From the NCBI RefSeq assembly GCF_018350175.1, contig NC_058384.1:68076001-68140000 (forward strand): a stretch of DNA of 64,000 bases, given 5' to 3'. Below the pieces are notes generated by a model. That model ran no database searches, had not been told where the DNA came from, and saw only the letters and a list, made by a program, of their open reading frames with translations. The position numbers were made by a program, and so were the translations under genes. Every line of letters starts with the position of its first letter. The stretch's first letter is position 1. Below, piece after piece: positions 56,601 through 64,000 of this stretch. This DNA is from Felis catus (taxonomy: Eukaryota).

Positions 56601-59600
56601 GGGTACTGAGAGCTTGGTCCCCAGGTGACACTCAGGTCGGGTGGCTGGCAGATGGTCATCAGGCCCGGGGCTCTGGGCAGGCCAGGTCAGGATCTATGGA
56701 CTAGGGGCTCGTCTGCTCCGGAGGAAAGTCAGTGGTGTGGGTGACTGTGCGGGGAGATGGCCGGGCCCCGCGGGACCCTCGCCTTTAGGACCGGGAAGAG
56801 CCAGGACGGACTGAGAGGCAGCGCCCGGTGGGCACAGGAGCTGCCGAGGGAGCTGGGTGGGGGGCACGTGTGGAGGAGGGGGTGCTTTTAGGGAAGAGCT
56901 GCTCCCTGAGTTTGCAGATAGAAGGACCGCCCCTCCCCCCCCCCCCCATAGGCCGGGCGTCTGAAGACCGCCCAGGTGGACGGGGGCGGGGTCCCTCACT
57001 ATGTCTCTCTCTGCGGTCGCCTCACTGCCTCGTGCCCACTGCTCCTCCAGCCTGGCCTGCGGAGGAGGCCCGCCGCTCCAGCAGTGAGGACGACACAGAC
57101 GCAGACGTGGAGGCGGAGGGGCTGCGGAGGCGGCGGGGCCGGGAGCCCAGCACCCCCCGGCCCGTGGAGGGCCAGGCCCGCGGCGAGGGCGCGGGCGGGG
57201 AGCCGGGCTTCTCCCCCAACATGTGTCTCCTTGGGGCCCTGGTTCTGCTGGGCCTGGGAATCCTGCTCTTCTGCGGTGAGCGCTACCTCCCTGCCGCGGC
57301 CTGCTCCCTGTCTGCGCGACCCCTCCTGCCCCTCTCCTCCACTCTGGCCTCACCGAGCCCCTCTGTCTCCATCCTCAGGCGGCCTCTCGGAGTTTGACAG
57401 CGGTGAGTGGGGCGGGGCCCTGGCTCGTCCCTGCCCGGCCTCAGGGAGGCCACTGGCGGTTCCCCGAGTCAGAAGTAGGGCCCCTGGGCTGTGCATTCAT
57501 TGCTCAGTCACTGACCTTCTCAGCTGTTCAGGGCGACCCTCGGCCCTCTCCTGCTGGACTTCTCAGCCGTAGGGTAGGCCCAGGGCAGGCGGGTGACCGT
57601 GTGTGTGCAGGGGTGAGGGAGCGGGCCAGTTTTGGGACTTTGGTTTCCCACAGGGCCCACGGAGGAAGCACAGCCGCAGGCCTTCCCAGACACCGGCTCG
57701 GATGCGGAGGTGCTGGATGGCGTGGGGGGCGCGGGGACCGTCCGGGAGACTCGGGGCGGCCTGGCTGTGGGGCGGGAGGGGTCACTGGCTCCCGTGCCCT
57801 TAGGATGGACTGGGGCAGCCGCTGCAGGCCTCAGCACCCCCCGACAGGGTGCCCAGCCTGCAGAGCATGGCCCTCCTGCTGGACAAGCTGGCCAAGGAGA
57901 ACCAGGACATTCGGCTGCTTCAGGCCCAGCTCCAGGTGGGCACACGCAGGGGTGAGGGGAGGGGTGGGAGGGGTGTGTGTCCTACAAGTTGCCTCTGCTC
58001 GCCTCCCGCCACCATCTCCTCTGTCCACTGGAGTTAGGCTTTCTTCCTGGTTCTCTGCTCACACCCTGCGGCCACGGCCCAGGCCCGGCTGGCGTCCCGG
58101 CCGGCGCCCCCGCTGCCTGAGGCCACCCTGACTGATGGGTGCAGTCTGCCCGGGGCCCCGTGTGAACAGGGATGGGAAGGACTGCCGAGGCTCGATTAAT
58201 AATGTCTCTTCTGGGTGTGGGAGGCAGAAAGGGCCGCGAGAGCCGCGTCTGGTCAATCTCAGGCGGATCGAAGTGCGTCCTTATAGGAGGACGTGGAAGC
58301 TGAGGTCTGTGACGGAATTTGGGGTCACGGGCTCGGTGCAGGTTGTGGACGGCGAGGAGGTTGAGAACCCAACTCTCTGAGCGTCCTAGGCCGCGTCCTG
58401 CCGACTCCCATGGGCGGAAGCGGGGCGGGAGGCCCCGGGCCCGTCCTGACCCTCCTGTGGCACCCTCCGCCACAGGCCCAGAAGGAGGAGCTTCAGAGCC
58501 TGGTGCGCCAGCCCCGAGAGCTGGAAGAGGAGAACGCGCGGCTGCGGGGGGCCCTGCGGCGGGGCGAGGCCGCCCAGCGCTCCCTGGAGTCCGAGCTGCA
58601 GCGGCTGCGGGCCGGCTGCGTGCGGGGCCCAGACGGGGTGTGCGTCCCCTGGAGCGGAGGCTCTCTGGGCGGCGGGGTCTCCGGGGAGTGGGAGCCGGGC
58701 CCTGGCCTCCCTGAGCAGCAGGAACGGCTGGAGGCGGAGGCCCAGGCATTAAGGCGCGAGTTGGAGAGGCAGCGGCGGCTGCTGGGGGCCGTGCGGCAGG
58801 ACCTGGAGCAGAGCTTGAGCGGTGCGGGCCGAGGGGACCTGGCCGAGCTGGGCCGCAGACTGGCCCAGAAGCTGCAGGGCCTGGAGAAGTGGGGCCAGCA
58901 CCCCGGGGTCGGTGCCAACGCCTCAGAGGCCGGGCACCGGGAGCCCCGCTTCCAGAGTCCCAGGGAGTGGAGTGGAAAGGAGAAGCGGCGGGGTGGGCAG
59001 GGGGACCGGAGCGCTGAGCCCTGGAGGCACAAGAAGGAGGGGTCCGGTCGGGAGAGAAAGAAGTGGGGGGGTGAGGGCCGGGAGATGGCAGAGGGCTGGG
59101 GGGAGGGCAAGCCGCAGGGGGCGGAGTGGGGCAGCAGGAAGGACGCCAGGCGGCAGGGCCCCGAGGAGCCCCCTAGGAAGAGTGGGAGCCCTCACCCCCC
59201 CGGGGGGCAGCAGCGCCCTCAGCGGGAGGAGGGCGCTAGCGACGGGCGAGGCCGCCCGGCACCGGCACCGGCCCCGGCACCGTGGGCCGAGCTGTTGAGG
59301 CGCAAGTACCGGGCCCCGCAGGGCTGCTCAGGCGTGCGCGAGTGTGCCCGGCAGGAGGGCCTGGCCTTCGGGGCAGAGCTGGCCCCGGTGCGGCGACAGG
59401 AGCTGGCCTCTCTGCTGACCACTTACCTGGCGCGGCTGCCCTGGGCCGGGCAGCTGACCCAGGAGCTGCCGCTCTCGCTTGCTTACTTTGGGGAGGATGG
59501 CATCTTCCGCCATGACCGCCTCCGCTTCCGGGACTTTGTGGATGCCTTGGAGGACAGCCTGGAGGAGGTGGCGGTGAGACAGACGGGTGACGACGACGAG

Positions 59601-60117
59601 GTGGATGACTTTGAGGGCTTCATCTTCAGCCACTTCTTTGGAGACAAAGCACTGAAGAAGAGGTGGGCAGCTGTGGGCGGGGGACGCGGGGTTGGGGTGA
59701 GGGAGCACAGGCCCTGAGTCCCAGTCTTGAGTTTGAGCCACTTGTAACCCACGGCGGGCTCCTCTTCGAGCAGCATCCAGATGCGCTCCGGTCTTCCCTT
59801 GAGGTCAGGAGGCCGCCTGTGCTCGCCCCACGGTGGTCCCGGGAGCCCCCTCGGGCTGGGGGGACCTTTCCTCCGGAGTACTTGCGTCCAGCGTGTACCT
59901 GCAGTGCCGAGGAGGCTTCCTGCCTCGCTGGCTGGGGACCTCACACTGGGAGGGTGGGTCCGTCCCCCCCCCGCCTTAGCGGGGACAGGTCCCCGCTGCT
60001 GCAGGAGCCTCTTCTCACCATGCGGCGTGGTCCTGAAGGCCTCTTCCTGCCCCCACCTGGTCTCCCCACAGGTCAGGGAAGAAGGACAGACACTTCCGGA
60101 GCCCGGGGAGGGGCTGA
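53661..60117 (+). CDS. PBXIP1: PBX homeobox interacting protein 1 (HPIP; CCPG1 family); exons 53661-53711, 55155-55281, 55427-55491, 55570-55741, 57051-57275, 57379-57402, 57654-~57709 (donor uncertain), 57804-57935, 58476-59662, 60072-60117
   Basis: MASCPDSDNSWVLAGSE, LPVETLGP, hydrophobic MCLLGALVLLGLGILLF, LLDKLAKENQDIRLLQAQLQ coiled coil, LASLL motif, FGEDGIFRHDRLRFRDFVDALEDSLEE. Splice phases are consistent except that the exon 8 donor is weak. Confidence 0.94.
55860..55975. mobile_element. MIR fragment
   Basis: GAGGTCAAGTGACTTGACCGAGGTCACACAGCTGGTAAGCGGCAGGGCCTGGG matches the MIR core. Confidence 0.7.
56141..56260. repeat. Polypurine (GGGA/GGAGG)n low-complexity tract
   Basis: ggggaaaggaggggggaggggagaggaggggaagggaggggaggggagaggaggggaagggaggggagggg. 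Confidence 0.8.
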
Positions 60118-60913
60118 GGCCCGGGGTCCCCTGACCCCGGGGACCGTTGAGCTGTCGTCTTCTCCGGCTCCCTAGGAGAGTCACTCAGCCTTGCACTGAT
60201 GCCACTGTTGCCAAGAAAAGGCTTTAGCTGGACCTGTCTTGCTGTTTATGCAAATATATGCAAACGCTTGGGGGCCAGCGGGCGGGGTGGGGGGGCCATG
60301 GGGGGACAGGAATCTGATTCTGCAGCCAGAGAGCGTCTGTGCATGTGCCCCCAGAGGGGGCCCCTTGGCTGCACACACTGGCCTGTGCCCCCTGGGATGG
60401 AGGCCCAGCAGGAGGGCTTTCCCTGGGGTTTTGTTACATTTGGAAGCGCAGCCCCCAGGGACTGAAGTCTCCTTCTGCCTCCTCCCCGGCCCCACCTCAT
60501 GGGAACTGAAGACTCAGCCCCAGGAAACGCTGTTGGGGCCGTGCTGTCGGCTGGGGGCTCCGTCACTGGGCTGGCGTGTAAGCACAGGGGACCTCACACC
60601 CACCTTGTCCCCACCTCATCCTCCCCACCCGCCTCCGGCCCTCAGGGCTGGAGCTCACAGCTGCCGAGGGCCATGGATTCCCGAGGGTGAGCCTTGGGTC
60701 CCCGTCCCGGCCGAGAGATCTTGGCAGGTTAATTTCTGGGAGCCTTGGGTTTCTGATCCTCAAACAAAGGGACTGGGGGGCTGGGGAGAGATTACATAAA
60801 GCGATGTAAGCAAAATGCCTGTTCTGTACTTGGCAGTCAAAAGCTGTCGCCCGCCAGAGGGTGTGAGGAGGGGGCAGAGGACCCCCACCGGGCTCTGGGC
60901 TGGGGAGGTGGGA

Positions 60914-60930
60914 AGCCACTAGGTGGCGCC
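60914..60930 (+). promoter_or_regulatory. CTCF-like motif downstream of PBXIP1
   Basis: AGCCACTAGGTGGCGCC is a near-perfect CTCF core. Confidence 0.6.
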
Positions 60931-61296
60931 CCAGCTCCACGTTTGCCGCCGACCTGGCCTCCCGCACCGATTAGGGACCCAGACCCAGACCCACCCGGCC
61001 AGGTGAGGTGAGGGCCTGCGCTCACCCAAGACCCAGAGTCCACTGGGCCACTTACTGCCCGGAAGTCCTTCCTGACCGGGCTCCTCGACCGGCCTGCACG
61101 TCCCATGCGAGTGTAGAGACGGAATGGCGCAGTGTGACTTCAGGAAGGGGAGAGCGCCCGCCAGCTCCAGAAGGGGCTGTGGTGGGCGGCGGGGGCTCAG
61201 GAGGGACCGCTGGCTGTCGGAGGGCTGTGAGCCAATGGGCTCCTGCGGGCCTCTGGCTGGGGGCTGAACCAGGAGCACAGGGTATGTGTGAGGAGG

Positions 61297-62388
61297 CGCC
61301 CCCTCTGTGGACTGTCGTCCCCTCCATGGACCCTCACCCCCCCCCCCGTGGACCCTCGTCGCCTCCACGGACTGTCCCTTCCACAGACTGTCGTCCTCTC
61401 TGGACCCTTGTCCCCTCCATGGACTGTCGTCCCCTCCATGGACCCTCGCCCCCTCCATGGACCCTCATCCCCTCTGCAGACTGTCGTCCCCTCTATGGAC
61501 CCTCGCCCCCTCCATGGACCCTCATCCCCTCTGCAGACTGTCGTCCCCTCCATGGACCCTCGCCTCCTCCGTGGGCCCTCATCCCCTCTGCAGACTGTCA
61601 TCCCCTCCGTGGACCCTTGTCCCCTCCACGGTCTGTCGTCCCCTCCGTGGACCCTCATCCCCTCCACGGACTGTCCCCTCCAGACTGTTGTCCCCTCTGG
61701 ACCCTTGTCCCCTCCACGGACTGTCGTCCACTCCGTGGACCCTCATCCCCTCTGGACCCTCATCCCCTCCACGGATTGTCCCTTCCACAGACTGTTGTCC
61801 CCTCTGGACCCTTGTCCCCTCCGTGGACTGTCGTCCCCTCCATGGACCCTTGCCCATCCATTGACCCTCATCCCCTCTGCAGACTGTTATCCCCTCCATG
61901 GATCCTCGCCCCCTCTGTGGATCCTCATCCCCTCCACAGACCCTCGTCCCCTCTGCGGACCGTCATCCCCTCTGGACCCTCGTCCCCTCTGCGGACTGTT
62001 GCCCCCTCCATGGGCGCTCGTCCCCTCCATGGACTGTCCCCTCCATAGAACCTCGTCCCCTCCATGGACCCTTGTCCCCTCTGGACTCTCGTCCCCTCCA
62101 CGGACTGTTCCCTCCAGACTGTTGTCCCCTCTGGACCCTTGTCCCCTCTGTGGACTGTCGTCTCCTCCATGGACCCTCGCCCCTCCACGGACTGTCCCCT
62201 CCACAGACTGTCGTCCCCTCTGGACCCTTGTCTCCTCCGTGGACTGTCGTCCCCTCTACGGACCCTCGCCCCCTCCATGGACCCTCATCCCCTCTGCAGA
62301 CTGTCGTCCCCTCCATGGACCCTCGCCTCCTCCGTGGGCCCTCGTCCCCTCTGGACCCTCATCCCCTCTGCGGACTGTCGTCCCCTCT
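61297..62388. repeat. C-rich minisatellite (VNTR) with a 19-bp unit and 57-bp higher-order repeat
   Basis: Units such as TCGCCCCCTCCATGGACCC, TCATCCCCTCTGCAGACTG and TCGTCCCCTCCATGGACCC, with shorter variant units. Translations repeat every 19 aa. Confidence 0.92.
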
Positions 62389-64000
62389 TGAGGATGCCTT
62401 TTTATCCTGTTCACCTTTCTCACCACTTGCAGGTGCTCAGAATTTATGCTGCGTGAACAGCTGACTGGTCAGCTTGAGTCTCCAGGGCAGGGGTTCAGGC
62501 TAGAAGGGAGGCCAGATTCCTCATCTGGGGAGGGGCCTGGCTTCAGGGGAGGGGGCACAGCCTGGCCTCCCTGGGTTCCCAGAGGTTGTGGGTGCTTGGG
62601 GCTTTTCAGGGTCTGAAAAGCGTCACAAAGTCTGGGGGAGGCTGGGAAGGGTCCCCAAGCCCCCTGCCCCTCTTAGCCCCTCAGGGAGTAGGAGCGCTGA
62701 GCTGGGTCTGAGGTCTCCGAAGCCGCTGTGTCCCCTGTATCTGAGAGACAAAGAGAGCCAGGAGCCCCAGGGGTCTGTTGGGGACGGTCAGGACACCAGG
62801 GCCACTGCCCGGTGGCCACCCTGTGTCCGGGCTGGCCTAGGTAGGTGACCCTCACCCCCATCACAGGACATGAGGCCCCTCTCTCTGTCACCCTCGTGTA
62901 CCCACAGCAGCTCTGGCCGGTACCCACAGGGGTGGGGGAACCTGGGAGCGAACCCACTGGCGTCTGCCTTCAGCCCTGCGTGGCCCCCAGGGTCTGGTCT
63001 GGACCCCTCCAGTTTAAGCTCTGGACCTTTCTGCCCTTTCCTCTGAGACCTTCCACCCCTCCCCCCTCCCCCCCCCCCCAGCTAAGAGCTCAGCCCCAGG
63101 GGCAAGGGGCAACTTGGGAGAATCACATGAGTCAGGGGCGCCCCCTTGGGCCTCCTGCTTCTTTTGGCCGGTCCCCAAACTCACTTCTCATCTGTCCCCC
63201 AGTCCGCCATCCCTGCCCCTCACCCCTGCCCAGGCTCCTCCTCTGCCCTTTCCCAGCTGCCCTCAGCCCCGCCTTCCCTCACTGGTGCCCCTGCCAGCCC
63301 TTACCGCCCCTGGGGTCCCCCTGCCTCCTCTCCCTACTGCTTCCCATCACCCATCCTGGAGGCAGAGATGTGGTCCTGGGTGAGCTTGGGGCCGCCCCCC
63401 CCCCCCCCGCTCCCCAGAAGCTCCTTGAAGGTCAGGGGTGTGTGTTCCTCCCAAGACGCTCTCCCAGCCGCCTCTGCTAGGCCAGCTGTTGCCTGAGGGA
63501 CCTCCCGGGCCCACCCTGATGCAGGGGTGCCCGGGCCCTCACCTGCACGTGCTTACGGGGGGCTGGTAGGGGAGCTGCAGGGTGGGGCCGGGCTGCCTAG
63601 CCCTGACCCCCGACAGCAGCCCCCCCCCCTCCCATTTTACCGCTGAGATACCTGCCTGCTGGGCAGCTTCCGGCCTCAGCTTCCAGAAGAGGCCCCGCCC
63701 CGCTCAGCCCCTCCTCTTCATTCTGGGCCCGATGGAGGCCCCGCCCAGGTCTCCTCTAACCTGACCTTTGGTCTGAGCAAGCTAAGACGGGGGAAACCAG
63801 TCTCGGGTCCCCGCCGGCTCCCACCTGCGGGCCTCAGGCCGGGCGCCCCCTTGCTTTCAGGGTGAGCTTCCCCATCAGTACAGTGCACACGGAGAGCATC
63901 TTCCCAAACCGCCTGGCAGGAGCTGGCAGGGGTGGGGGAGGGGTGCCAGCTTGCATCTCACTCTGCCACGTGCTGTGCAGACCCCAGTGCTGCCCGCACC

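Noticed and set aside
61008-62464. 346-aa and 367-aa repetitive ORFs as a novel protein, or the array as CRISPR-like
   Set aside because: These are by-products of a stop-poor tandem repeat. There are no unique spacers, no splice or promoter support, and the context is eukaryotic.

Overview
GC-rich mammalian genomic DNA. Can-SINE/SINEC_Fc-type SINEs and a carnivore-type L1 point to a carnivore, probably a felid or other feliform. The window is syntenic with human 1q21.3 and shown in reverse order. Seven protein-coding genes can be built exon by exon from GT-AG boundaries and reading-frame continuity: ZBTB7B/ThPOK (-), LENEP (-), FLAD1 (-), CKS1B (-), SHC1 (+), PYGO2 (+) and PBXIP1 (+). Eleven N-gaps hide, among other things, CKS1B exon 2, the 3' half of the SHC1 p66 exon and PYGO2 coding exon 1. 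Regulatory elements include the probable ThPOK silencer, the CKS1B/SHC1 bidirectional promoter (CDE/CHR plus five CCAAT boxes), a Maf-type site upstream of LENEP and CTCF-like motifs. The strongest candidate novelty is in FLAD1. The human-type long AUG-initiated N-terminus is broken here, but a 29-codon Arg-rich, presequence-like frame is kept just upstream of the cytosolic AUG. It starts at a CUG in strong Kozak context, 2 nt after a short uORF, which suggests a non-AUG mitochondrial FAD synthase isoform. Other items of note: uORFs next to the SHC1 p52 and PYGO2 starts, an inverted ZNF143 motif pair around a RUNX site in ZBTB7B intron 1, an L1 nested in a SINE with both TSD pairs visible, and a 19/57-bp minisatellite. 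All comparisons with human or mouse are from recall and were not computed.
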